IMG/VR virus record: IMGVR_UViG_3300028844_003967
Coordinates: 5,221 to 69,220 of that record
Strand: one strand, 5' to 3'
DNA from: a virus
DNA: 64,000 nt
Position numbers and translations under genes: made by a program. Positions 8,948-17,658 of this stretch are shown here, piece by piece (positions within the stretch are counted from its first letter, which is position 1; every line of letters begins with the position of its first letter). The notes under the pieces are model-generated. The model was not told the DNA's origin. It searched no databases and saw nothing but the letters and a program-made list of their open reading frames with translations.

Positions 8948-10292
8948 TATAAGGATTATTACAAAATTTAGTTAACTCACTAATAAAGTATGTTTCTACA
9001 CTTCCCATTCCGGTATTTCTACCTTTAGCTATTATTATTTCAGCTTGTTCGATAGGTGGAATACCTTCTTCAATTTGAAAATAAGCTGGTCTATGTACAA
9101 ATATAACTGTATCAGCATCTTGTTCTATAGCGCCTGATTCTCTCAAATCTCCAAGAGTAGGTCTTTTATTAGCTCTACCATGAATTGCTCTGTTAATTTG
9201 AGATAAAGCCATTACTACTATTCCTAATTCAGATGCAATTTCTTTTAACATTCTTGACATTTTAGCAATTTCTTGCTCACGATTATTAGCGCCTGGTATG
9301 TCACATGTCATTAACTGAAGATAGTCTATAACTACAAATCTAACTTCATATCTAATAAAATATTTTCTAATTTTATTACATATTTTAGTAATGCTTCTTG
9401 ATTTATCATCAATCCACCATTTTTGTTTAGACAATCTTTCTTTAGTTGTATCTCTCATTTGATAATTTTTATAAGACATACACTTATTTCTTATGTTTTT
9501 CAATGGAATAAAAGCATCTGATGCAATAATTCTGTTAATTAAAGCAGTTTCACTCATTTCTAAAGAAAACATAGCTACACGAACACCACTTAGAATATTA
9601 TTTTTAAATATTTCTAATGCTAATGAAGTTTTACCCATTGATGGAGCTGCTGCAAGAATTACTAAATCATGTGGTTCAAAACCTGTAATATGTAAATCAA
9701 GTTCAGTTAAATGTGTTTTAATAAAATGTGTTGTATCTTGATTGTCTTGATAGTCTATAGCCTTATCTAAAGCTTTGTTTACATCAAACTCTTCAATTTC
9801 TCCCATTTCTTGAATTTCAATTATCTTTTCAGATATAGAACCAAGAATTAGCATAGGATCAACCATTTCATTACAACTTTCATTTACTTTGTCTGATAAC
9901 AGCATTAATGCTCTACGTCTGGCATATCCATTTAATAATTTAATATGTTCCAGCAAATGTTCGTCATTGTCAATACGTTCACATATATCATTGAGATAAA
10001 CAATTAGGTCAAAACCTATCTTTTTCTCCATCACATAATCAACATATTTTTTACTTGTTAAGTAATCAGTTACCAAAACTATATCAACTTTTGATTCATT
10101 TGATAACTCTCTTACCGCACTGTAGATATACTTACATTCTATTGTAGAAAATTCGTGAATACTTAGTTGGTCTGCAACCTGATAATAAGTATCTGGAAAA
10201 TTAATAAAAGTAGCAAGTACAATTTCTTCTAAATCAGTATTTGATTGACCGATAAAGTTACTTTCTGTAAAAAAATCTAATTGTTCACTCAT
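8859..10292 (-). CDS. dnaB: Replicative DNA helicase
   Basis: AAAPSMGKTS, FSLEMS, IDYLQLM, LSQINR, DLRESGAIEQDAD and IIAKGRN motifs; full N-terminal domain. Confidence 0.95.
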   Translation of the reverse strand: MSEQLDFFTESNFIGQSNTDLEEIVLATFINFPDTYYQVADQLSIHEFSTIECKYIYSAVRELSNESKVDIVLVTDYLTSKKYVDYVMEKKIGFDLIVYLNDICERIDNDEHLLEHIKLLNGYARRRALMLLSDKVNESCNEMVDPMLILGSISEKIIEIQEMGEIEEFDVNKALDKAIDYQDNQDTTHFIKTHLTELDLHITGFEPHDLVILAAAPSMGKTSLALEIFKNNILSGVRVAMFSLEMSETALINRIIASDAFIPLKNIRNKCMSYKNYQMRDTTKERLSKQKWWIDDKSRSITKICNKIRKYFIRYEVRFVVIDYLQLMTCDIPGANNREQEIAKMSRMLKEIASELGIVVMALSQINRAIHGRANKRPTLGDLRESGAIEQDADTVIFVHRPAYFQIEEGIPPIEQAEIIIAKGRNTGMGSVETYFISELTKFCNNPYNEKELEEYQNRQRNIGEYRNPSESNSYSH

Positions 10293-10312
10293 TTATATTT
10301 ATATATTAAAAA

Positions 10313-10336
10313 TCAAGGAGCAACGAAGCCCCTTGA
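10313..10336 (-). repeat. Intergenic hairpin element (degenerate)
   Basis: TCAAGGAGCAACGAAGCCCCTTGA between the thiF-like gene and dnaB. Confidence 0.6.
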
Positions 10337-10339
10337 AAG

Positions 10340-11104
10340 TTACAATCCTATTGGATTTGTTTTTCCTGTTTCTAAATTAATGTAATATCCTCTTTGAGTA
10401 ATTGAATAATCTTTAAGTAGTTTCCATAATAAATTCAATCCCATATAAGAAACAATAGGATTAATAAATAAGTCTTGCTTTTCAATAGCTTCTGCTACTG
10501 AACAGCTTGGCTCATTATCATCTTTAATACTCTTTAAATCAAATTCTTTATCAATAGTTGGTAATTTTTCAATAGTCTTGTATTTCTTTGATTTAGGCTG
10601 TTTGGTTCTATCAGAGCTTCCAAGTATTACTTGACCTGATTTATTACTATTGCCTAAGTCTAACCAATAATAAGGTTTTTCCCAATCTTGATATACTTTT
10701 GTCTTATTCCAATATTTTGAAATATTCATTCTTGCTTTAGCAGTATCAACACAACTTATAACAATGTTAGTGTGTTCAGCTGTTTCTTTATCGTATTTAT
10801 AGTTAGTGCTATGCCAAGAGGTTCCATAAAATCTATTGATTCTTGAAATAAGAACATCAGCTTTGTATCTACCTACATCAGATGCAGAAAATAGCTGTCT
10901 ACCAAAATTTGCTTCTGTTACTTTATCATCATCAAACATAATAGCTAATAAGCCGGGATGTCCTAATGCTTGTAAGGTAACATTCATTCTTGCCAATCCT
11001 TGAATTACTTGTGAACCATTACCTCCAGCTCCAATTACATTTACTGTAATTGGATGAGGTGGATTAACTATATAATCAGGAGCATAATGTATTTTAGACT
11101 TCAT
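10340..11104 (-). CDS. PRTRC ThiF-family (E1-like) ubiquitin-activating protein
   Basis: GAGGNGS Rossmann motif, DDDKVTEANFGRQ, SCVD, WLDLGN, catalytic-Cys region PSCSVAEAIEKQDLFIN. Confidence 0.9.
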   Translation of the reverse strand: MKSKIHYAPDYIVNPPHPITVNVIGAGGNGSQVIQGLARMNVTLQALGHPGLLAIMFDDDKVTEANFGRQLFSASDVGRYKADVLISRINRFYGTSWHSTNYKYDKETAEHTNIVISCVDTAKARMNISKYWNKTKVYQDWEKPYYWLDLGNSNKSGQVILGSSDRTKQPKSKKYKTIEKLPTIDKEFDLKSIKDDNEPSCSVAEAIEKQDLFINPIVSYMGLNLLWKLLKDYSITQRGYYINLETGKTNPIGL

Positions 11105-11793
11105 ATTCCTAAATTTTCTTTAATATTATTAACTATTAGACTTTCTAATAATTCATCTGTAGGAAACTTGTTTTTTCCATTTAATGATTCCCAAAGCTGA
11201 TGTAAATCAGTTTTTGATTTAGATAAAACATTTTTCATGTTATGGCTAAATTTACTTTCCCAAAATCCTAATTCGATTCCTTTAATGTAATCTTCATAGT
11301 ATTTTGCATCATTTGGCCATTTACCCGTTCCCCAACATACACTTCCATTATCACTAACATTAGAAAATGGAGCTATAAACAGCTTAGTTTTACTGTTTAG
11401 TTTATTGCTTTTCATTGCGTATATGGATAGCTTATTGTTTTCAGCAACCCAAAGCAAACGCGGAACAGGAGCAATTATATCTTTTAATTCAACAGATTTA
11501 GTAAAATACATCCTCATTATTTGAGGATTAGTTGTCCAAGCAACAAGAGTGTGACCAGGACTATTTCTTACAGTTATTATATTCTTAGGTATTCTTCCTT
11601 TAAATTGAAGTCTATCAGTAACATCAACAGACATAGTGTCCATTATATCAACAATAGTATTTTTCATTAAAGGATGAGTTGCCCCAAAAGACAAATCATC
11701 CTTAATAGAGCAAGATTCTAAGTAGTAATCACTACCACTCCTATGAACTATAATAGCTTGTACAGGTTTATAAAGTTTTTCTTTTAGTTCCAT
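11101..11793 (-). CDS. PRTRC protein B (prokaryotic E2 family D)
   Basis: PVPRLLW, LFIAPFSNVSDNGSVCWG (conserved Cys) and FWESKFSH; start moved to ATG 11793, just after the upstream stop. Confidence 0.85.
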   Translation of the reverse strand: MELKEKLYKPVQAIIVHRSGSDYYLESCSIKDDLSFGATHPLMKNTIVDIMDTMSVDVTDRLQFKGRIPKNIITVRNSPGHTLVAWTTNPQIMRMYFTKSVELKDIIAPVPRLLWVAENNKLSIYAMKSNKLNSKTKLFIAPFSNVSDNGSVCWGTGKWPNDAKYYEDYIKGIELGFWESKFSHNMKNVLSKSKTDLHQLWESLNGKNKFPTDELLESLIVNNIKENLGI

Positions 11794-11794
11794 A

Positions 11795-13006
11795 TTACAT
11801 TTTTTCCCAGTTCCAAATCTCTCTATAATAAATATCAGTTCCGAAATCAAACCATTGTTCAAGTTCTTTTCCGAACAACTCATATTTTTCATCAAAATTA
11901 TTTACATAATGATCAGCTGTCAATACAGAATAAGCACGAGTTTCAATTACTCCAACTTGTCCTGCATGGTCATTTAACCATTGCTCAATACCAAATTCCC
12001 AAAATGGACATCTAAAATCCCATTCAAACTTTAAAAAATCTAAAGCTGTTACTGGATGACCAGATTCATACTCATCTTCTGTAATGAAAATTAAATCATT
12101 GATTGTAACGTTATTATGATTATAATATAATTTCATTCCATTTTTAGCCCATTCTAATAATTCAATAAACATAGAGTTTCTTGGCTTATAAGTATTGATT
12201 TCATTCATTAGCCAATCTTCATCAATCATTTTATAGATATCGTTTATTTCTTTTATTAGTAAATATCCAATTCCATCTTTAATTGGAATTTTATATCTAC
12301 TATCAGGTCTCCAATGAATAAAATTCTTTAATTCATTAGCTGAACAAGATTCAAGAAAACCTTTTTTGTTCCAATTAAAATCAACTTTATCTTCGCAGTC
12401 TACTAAACTATCAAAAAACATTTCTTTAGCATCTTCGCTAAACCCTTCTTGAAAATCATTTAATAAAAATTTACCTTTAACTAATGAAATAACATTTCTT
12501 ATTATTACATATAATTTTGGGTTTTCATTTCTTAATTGAATTAGCCATTTTAAAGGCATAGAAACTTGATTACACAACATATCGTGAGCACAATATGATT
12601 GTATATGTAAATCTCCATTAATATCTTCAATAAGAGTTTCTGCATTATTAGGCATAAGCCTATCAATTTTACTTTGCATTAAAGAAACAATATCATTTAC
12701 ACTCATGTCTTTTGTAAACACTAAGTCATTATTGTACTTAGGGTGGTTTTTAATACATGCATATAAATTAGATACAAAATTATTGCGTACGTTGAAGCTA
12801 CCTTGCTTCAACTGTACGCATAATTCATTGTAAAATTCTTGTTTCTTTAAGGAATGTGGTCTATTTGATTTGATGACATTATTTGTCTTTCTTGATTCTC
12901 TAATGTTACTCCCCAATTTTCCTCTTGAGAAAATATTCTTCCCAAGTATTGGTGAAAGCTCTTTAGAGATTCGTTTTGTTTCAAATGTTTCAATTCCTGT
13001 TTGCAT
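11795..13006 (-). CDS. PRTRC protein F-like
   Basis: 403 aa, located between C and B in the usual PRTRC order; no motif recognised directly. Confidence 0.55.
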   Translation of the reverse strand: MQTGIETFETKRISKELSPILGKNIFSRGKLGSNIRESRKTNNVIKSNRPHSLKKQEFYNELCVQLKQGSFNVRNNFVSNLYACIKNHPKYNNDLVFTKDMSVNDIVSLMQSKIDRLMPNNAETLIEDINGDLHIQSYCAHDMLCNQVSMPLKWLIQLRNENPKLYVIIRNVISLVKGKFLLNDFQEGFSEDAKEMFFDSLVDCEDKVDFNWNKKGFLESCSANELKNFIHWRPDSRYKIPIKDGIGYLLIKEINDIYKMIDEDWLMNEINTYKPRNSMFIELLEWAKNGMKLYYNHNNVTINDLIFITEDEYESGHPVTALDFLKFEWDFRCPFWEFGIEQWLNDHAGQVGVIETRAYSVLTADHYVNNFDEKYELFGKELEQWFDFGTDIYYREIWNWEKM

Positions 13007-13038
13007 AATTTGTCTATAATTTTTAGATTTTCATCCAT
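12847..13038 (-). CDS. Small ORF overlapping the 5' end of the F-like gene
   Basis: ATG 2 nt after the Ubl stop codon; 63 aa, predicted helical. Confidence 0.45.
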   Translation of the reverse strand: MDENLKIIDKLCKQELKHLKQNESLKSFHQYLGRIFSQEENWGVTLENQERQIMSSNQIDHIP

Positions 13039-13040
13039 TA

Positions 13041-13250
13041 TTATCCTTTTACGCCAACAGTTTTACCAAATTCAAACATTATTTCATCATTTTCAATAGA
13101 TGGGCCTTCAAGTGATGCATTAGTTAATTCGGGATATTGTCCTGAATAAAATTGCATTACATCTTTAGCTTCCATAATTGGGTCTGGATCTGATAATGTA
13201 AGTTTTCCGTATTTGAATACTCTTTTTAGTGTTTTAGCTTCAAGGCTCAT
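13041..13250 (-). CDS. PRTRC protein C (prokaryotic ubiquitin-like protein)
   Basis: LKRVFKY..L.LSDPDP.M....V..FYS..YPELTNA.LEGP...F...VGVKG; free C-terminal Gly. Confidence 0.9.
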   Translation of the reverse strand: MSLEAKTLKRVFKYGKLTLSDPDPIMEAKDVMQFYSGQYPELTNASLEGPSIENDEIMFEFGKTVGVKG

Positions 13251-13977
13251 AATTAAATTTATTTACTGATTCAACTTGGAATTGAGCTTTCGCGTCTAAT
13301 TCATCTTGTAATACTTCTATTTCTGCTTCACTCATTGGTGCAGAATGAACAATACGATTGTTTTCTATCTCTAATTGATTAGGAGATTCAGGTAATTCAT
13401 TTTTAATTTCTTTACCTAATTCATTAGCAATTACCGGAGCAGTTACAGCATCAGCTTTTTGAGCTTCAACAAATAAATCTACTTGGTTTTTAATTGGTTT
13501 AGCATCTTCTAAATCTTTAGATAATTTGTTTACATTAGCTGCACCAGGAGTTAATTTAATAGCTTTGTCTAATTCTTTTTCAGCATTCTTAAAATCTTTA
13601 GCTGTAATAAATTCATTAGCTTTAATAATAATCTTAGCTACTTTTTCTTTATTCTTTTTAGCTTGAGCTTTTAATTCAGCTTGGTGTTTATTTTCTTCTG
13701 CTAATTTTTCAGCACCTTTCTCAAAATTGTCAATTTCAATAACGATACCTGTAACTTTAGTCATTGGTTCTTTAATAGCATTAAAAAACTCTTCGTCAAG
13801 TTCTTCAATAGTACCTCTAATAACCATTGGCTGTACACTATCTTTAGCATTGTCTTTAATTCTTGGTTGTGGTAATAGCGATACTACAACAGTATCTCCG
13901 GAACCTTTAGCAACCGTTAATGTTAAATTCATAGAGCCAAGAAATGGCGCTATAGTAGCGAAAAAATTTGTTTTCAT
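13240..13977 (-). CDS. PRTRC protein E
   Basis: NFFATIAP..L.LTV......VVSLLP...PMVIRGTIEELDEEFF.AI..P N-terminal domain, TPR-like helix pair, low-complexity tail. Confidence 0.85.
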   Translation of the reverse strand: MKTNFFATIAPFLGSMNLTLTVAKGSGDTVVVSLLPQPRIKDNAKDSVQPMVIRGTIEELDEEFFNAIKEPMTKVTGIVIEIDNFEKGAEKLAEENKHQAELKAQAKKNKEKVAKIIIKANEFITAKDFKNAEKELDKAIKLTPGAANVNKLSKDLEDAKPIKNQVDLFVEAQKADAVTAPVIANELGKEIKNELPESPNQLEIENNRIVHSAPMSEAEIEVLQDELDAKAQFQVESVNKFNYEP

Positions 13978-14023
13978 ACATTTTGGATTTAATTAATAAC
14001 TTTCATTGTAAATATAAATAAAA

Positions 14024-14051
14024 TTCAGTTAGCACCGAAGTACTAACTGAA
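14024..14051 (-). repeat. Intergenic hairpin element upstream of the PRTRC cassette
   Basis: TTCAGTTAGCAC-CGAA-GTACTAACTGAA; further hairpins at 14055-14076 and ~14102-14141. Confidence 0.8.
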
Positions 14052-14148
14052 GTATTACAGCTTTCGCAAGCTGTAACCATTTGTATGAACAACAAAAACC
14101 AAAGAGCAGAGAAGAACGGAAACCATTCTTCAATACTCTTTTAAATTT

Positions 14149-14541
14149 TCACACTATTGTTAGTGTATTTTGCTCTACATATTCTAACAATATTTCAGAC
14201 AGAATAGTTTTACATTGTTCTATTTGTTCTGTTTGAGTAGGAGTAACATCTCCATTTTCTAATTTGTTTAACCTACTTATATCTTCAAATAAATATTCAA
14301 ATGATTCTTTTACTTGTTCATTTATTATTTCTTTAGCTGTCATTGGAATTGTAACTAAATTACAATGAAAAGCTAATTGGTCTAAAGGTATTCTTCCATG
14401 ATTAGATGAATAATATCCTTGAGCTTTGTATCTCTCTACAAAATTGTCTAAAGCTTCTCCAGCTTCTTCTACAGTTTCGTAAGTTTTCATTCTATTGATA
14501 GATATACCATCAGGTGACATTACATCATAATATTTTATCAT
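14149..14541 (-). CDS. Hypothetical phage protein
   Basis: 130-aa ORF with ATGA overlap to the upstream gene. Confidence 0.6.
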   Translation of the reverse strand: MIKYYDVMSPDGISINRMKTYETVEEAGEALDNFVERYKAQGYYSSNHGRIPLDQLAFHCNLVTIPMTAKEIINEQVKESFEYLFEDISRLNKLENGDVTPTQTEQIEQCKTILSEILLEYVEQNTLTIV

Positions 14542-14954
14542 ATGTATAATTTTGTGTTTTTAGTGTAGATGTATGAAATTTCTCCAAAAACCTCTACTGG
14601 CTCTTGAAATGGATAATATGCTATCCAATTAATAGCTTTCTTAGGATTAAACTCTAACTGTGTTGGCATATCATCAGCTATCTCAACATCTTCTACATTG
14701 TCTTTTACGTAGCTACCAGCACATATCCATGCACATGGTTGTTTATTTGCTCCTTCTAAAATCTTTTTGGCTGTATTTGGCCTGTTATAAAGAAAGCAGT
14801 TTCTAAAAATAATAGTAAACTTAGTTGGATCTACGTATTCAACGATAGCTCCTTGTTTACTATTAGTTATATATTCTCTTATTTGCCACCATCCGTAGTG
14901 CTTACCTTTTCCAAGGTGCCTACGAATAGTGTACATATAATTGGTATTAAACAT
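14538..14954 (-). CDS. Hypothetical phage protein
   Basis: 138-aa ORF coupled to both neighbours. Confidence 0.6.
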   Translation of the reverse strand: MFNTNYMYTIRRHLGKGKHYGWWQIREYITNSKQGAIVEYVDPTKFTIIFRNCFLYNRPNTAKKILEGANKQPCAWICAGSYVKDNVEDVEIADDMPTQLEFNPKKAINWIAYYPFQEPVEVFGEISYIYTKNTKLYI

Positions 14955-15142
14955 TAATTTAAATGTTTACGAGCAAAAGCAGAATGAGCAGCTTGCTCTT
15001 CATCTGATTCTTCATCCTCAAAATTATATCCTCTTGGATTATTAATTTCATCTTCTCCACAATTCCCACAATAAGCTGGATTGGAGTTTTCTTTATCTTT
15101 CCCTAAATTGTCGTAACAATTAGGACATCTTAAATCTGCCAT
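14954..15142 (-). CDS. Small zinc-ribbon protein
   Basis: CPNC...CGNC and an acidic tail. Confidence 0.6.
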   Translation of the reverse strand: MADLRCPNCYDNLGKDKENSNPAYCGNCGEDEINNPRGYNFEDEESDEEQAAHSAFARKHLN

Positions 15143-15144
15143 AG

Positions 15145-15315
15145 TTATTCTTTTTCTAATTCTACCATACCTGTACCGTCACAGGTTTCGCATTTCTTCA
15201 TATAGCCACATCCTCCACAACAATCTCCGATAGGATATACACTACATTGGTAACTTGTATCTTCAAAATATTCTCCATCTTCGCAGTCTGGACATTCTAT
15301 TTGTTCATCAGGCAT
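15145..15315 (-). CDS. Small Cys-rich zinc-finger protein (56 aa); absent from the ORF track
   Basis: Hand translation: MPDEQIECPDCEDGEYFEDTSYQCSVYPIGDCCGGCGYMKKCETCDGTGMVELEKE; fills the gap with 2-nt spacing on both sides; DnaJ-type CxxCxGxG. Confidence 0.7.
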   Translation of the reverse strand: MPDEQIECPDCEDGEYFEDTSYQCSVYPIGDCCGGCGYMKKCETCDGTGMVELEKE

Positions 15316-15317
15316 AA

Positions 15318-15719
15318 TTATATCATTCTTAATGTATTGTTATTAAAGAATTTAATAGTAACATCAGTTCCTATTACTTTCTCAACAATAGCTTGAACAT
15401 ATCTAATGTAGCAATCTCTATCTTGTTTTTTCATTTTCTTAAAATAGTAATTATCTACAGTGTTTCCACTCCACATACTTACTTCTTGGTCATGATGTGT
15501 TAAAAAGCCTGGTATATTCCAATTAGCTTTATAACTAAATCCAGTTATATATAAGCTTGTTGATATTCTTGTTTTTGTATGGTTTCTTGCCACTACACAA
15601 ACATACCCTTTCTTTTTTACCTCATCAATAAAGTCTTTCTGACTTGCTAAAGGTCTAAATTCCATTACCATAGGTGTCGGAATAAATTCAATTTTGTTAG
15701 TTTCAAATAATGCTTCCAT
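15318..15719 (-). CDS. Hypothetical protein
   Basis: Track ORF; likely start MEALFETN at 15719. Confidence 0.55.
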   Translation of the reverse strand: MEALFETNKIEFIPTPMVMEFRPLASQKDFIDEVKKKGYVCVVARNHTKTRISTSLYITGFSYKANWNIPGFLTHHDQEVSMWSGNTVDNYYFKKMKKQDRDCYIRYVQAIVEKVIGTDVTIKFFNNNTLRMI

Positions 15720-15721
15720 AA

Positions 15722-15931
15722 TTATTTTTTTAATGCATGTTTTACTTCTCTTACCCATTCTTCATATCCAACTTGAAAAGCTATTGGGTCATACTTTCTT
15801 ATGGAAGTTCCCCATTTGTTCTGCCACATATGTGCCATACGAATAGTTCCTCCAATTATCCAACGCTCATCTCCTTGTTCTGGAGATAAGTCGTTTAGAT
15901 ATTCTTCATACTCTTTTTTTGTCAGCTTCAT
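15722..15931 (-). CDS. Hypothetical phage protein (..DPIAF.VG..EW motif)
   Basis: Track ORF; likely start MKLTKKEY at 15931. Confidence 0.6.
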   Translation of the reverse strand: MKLTKKEYEEYLNDLSPEQGDERWIIGGTIRMAHMWQNKWGTSIRKYDPIAFQVGYEEWVREVKHALKK

Positions 15932-16145
15932 GTATTTTGGTATTATCTTCAATTTTCTTAATTAGCTGATTCATTTCTTGTCTAACAAATTCTACAGTAA
16001 ACAATGCTCTTTTGCCATCTTTTTCTATATCTTCTAATATTTTAATTGAAGCATCTCGTTCAGCACGTAATGCTTCAATTATTATATAAGCTTCTCTTCC
16101 ATTAAACAATTTAATTTCTTTTAAACGATAGTCTGATGTTGCCAT
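15906..16145 (-). CDS. Hypothetical protein
   Basis: Likely start MATSDYRL at 16145, directly downstream of a hairpin element and AT-rich leader. Confidence 0.6.
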   Translation of the reverse strand: MATSDYRLKEIKLFNGREAYIIIEALRAERDASIKILEDIEKDGKRALFTVEFVRQEMNQLIKKIEDNTKIHEADKKRV

Positions 16146-16160
16146 AATTATATATATTTT

Positions 16161-16196
16161 AAAATTCAATCAGCACCGAAGCACTGATTGAGTTTT
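16161..16196 (-). repeat. Intergenic hairpin element
   Basis: AAAATTCAATCAGCAC-CGAA-GCACTGATTGAGTTTT; two A/C mismatches equal G:U on the minus strand. Confidence 0.85.
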
Positions 16197-16754
16197 TTAC
16201 TTTTCTAAACATTTTAATTGATTACTTATTACATTAGGTTTATCACAATCGTAACTCTCATAACCTTTGCTCCAGTAAATCCTAACCTTTTCTATGTCCG
16301 ATGATTTAAGAGAGCTTATGTCTGACTCTTCTAAAACACAATAGCTTGAGTAAGTTGTTGTTCCCCTATCGTAATCGGAGTCTCCAAAATCTGACTTGCC
16401 AATTATAAGTTCAATCATTGATCCATCTACTAATTTCATAATAATTTTACTACCTTTAGACACTACTCCATAATATTCATAGGCTTTTTTAGTTTGAAAT
16501 TTAGCATTAAAATATAATGCATAAGTTTCATTTAGCTTGGCTGTGTAAACTCCAATTTCCAGATACTGCTCTTTCTTGCGTTTGTAGTATTTTAATAGTG
16601 CAGAATCTGTGTGAGAAATAAATGGTTCGGTTTCCATTATTATTCTTGTGTCTCCTGTAAATTCATCTACTTCATTCTTGTAGTAATTACATTCTTGTGC
16701 GTTACATATTAATACTCCCATTAATAAGGTTATTGTTAAAATTGTTCTTTTCAT
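16197..16754 (-). CDS. Secreted/periplasmic protein with Sec signal peptide
   Basis: MKRTILTITLLMGVLICNA-Q Bacteroidota-type signal peptide (Gln at +1); NEVDEFTG motif. Confidence 0.65.
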   Translation of the reverse strand: MKRTILTITLLMGVLICNAQECNYYKNEVDEFTGDTRIIMETEPFISHTDSALLKYYKRKKEQYLEIGVYTAKLNETYALYFNAKFQTKKAYEYYGVVSKGSKIIMKLVDGSMIELIIGKSDFGDSDYDRGTTTYSSYCVLEESDISSLKSSDIEKVRIYWSKGYESYDCDKPNVISNQLKCLEK

Positions 16755-16768
16755 TATTTTTATTTTTA

Positions 16769-17185
16769 TTAAATTTTTTTCACTAAGTGATAAATTTTTC
16801 TTAACTCAACTTTTTCTGCTTCAGTTAAATTTTTTCCAAGTCTTTCTATTAGAGATAAAACTTCATTTATTTTTGTTTTCTTACTTTTAGTTTTATTTTT
16901 CTTTAACTTAAATGGTAGGTTATCTGTTAAATCCCATTCTATCACATTTCTATTGGTTACAGTACATTTACGTACTCTCACTTCATAAATGACTCCTAAA
17001 TCACGTAATTCGGTAAACCTTGAAGAAACTCCAAAGACTCCAAATTTTGCTCCTGATTTTGTTATTGCTTCTGATGAAGTACAAGGAGCTGATTTTAATA
17101 ATGTTTCTAAAACTTCTAATCTTCTTTTAGATAATAACCCTTCTGCTTTTATTTGTTTATAACATTCTATACTTGTTTGTCTCAT
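16769..17185 (-). CDS. Winged-helix DNA-binding protein
   Basis: PCTSSEA...VSSRFTELRDLGVI.EV..RKC.VT.R.V..W pattern. Confidence 0.6.
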   Translation of the reverse strand: MRQTSIECYKQIKAEGLLSKRRLEVLETLLKSAPCTSSEAITKSGAKFGVFGVSSRFTELRDLGVIYEVRVRKCTVTNRNVIEWDLTDNLPFKLKKNKTKSKKTKINEVLSLIERLGKNLTEAEKVELRKIYHLVKKI

Positions 17186-17197
17186 AATTATTATGTA

Positions 17198-17644
17198 TTA
17201 AATTAATCCTTCATCAGCAAAGCTATAAAAGCTTTCTTCTGTTATTATTAAATGATCAAGTACTGTAATATCAAGTAACTTTCCGCAATCTACCATTTTA
17301 TTAGTAAGATTGATATCGGCTTGACTTGGTTTTAAATTACCTGATGGATGATTGTGTACAAGTATTACGCTTCTTGCATTACACAATAAACCATGCTGAA
17401 ATACAGTTTTAGGGTCTGCAATAGTTCCTGTTAGACCTCCTAATCCAACTATTGTAAAACCAATAGTATTGTTAGCTGTATTTAGATATACACACATAAA
17501 AGCTTCTCTATAGTCAATTTGTACCGGAAATACTTTCCTTACAAATTCACTTAAAGCTTGAGAAGAATTTATTTTCATCCTATGTACATCATCTTTCTTA
17601 GTATATACTGCTTCCAGTTCTTTAGCAAATGATTTAAGATTCAT
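17198..17644 (-). CDS. radC: RadC-like JAB/MPN domain protein
   Basis: REAF..YLN.AN, HNHPSGNLKPSQAD and LDHLII...YSFADEG motifs; JAB domain only. Confidence 0.9.
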   Translation of the reverse strand: MNLKSFAKELEAVYTKKDDVHRMKINSSQALSEFVRKVFPVQIDYREAFMCVYLNTANNTIGFTIVGLGGLTGTIADPKTVFQHGLLCNARSVILVHNHPSGNLKPSQADINLTNKMVDCGKLLDITVLDHLIITEESFYSFADEGLI

Positions 17645-17658
17645 AATTATATATTTTA

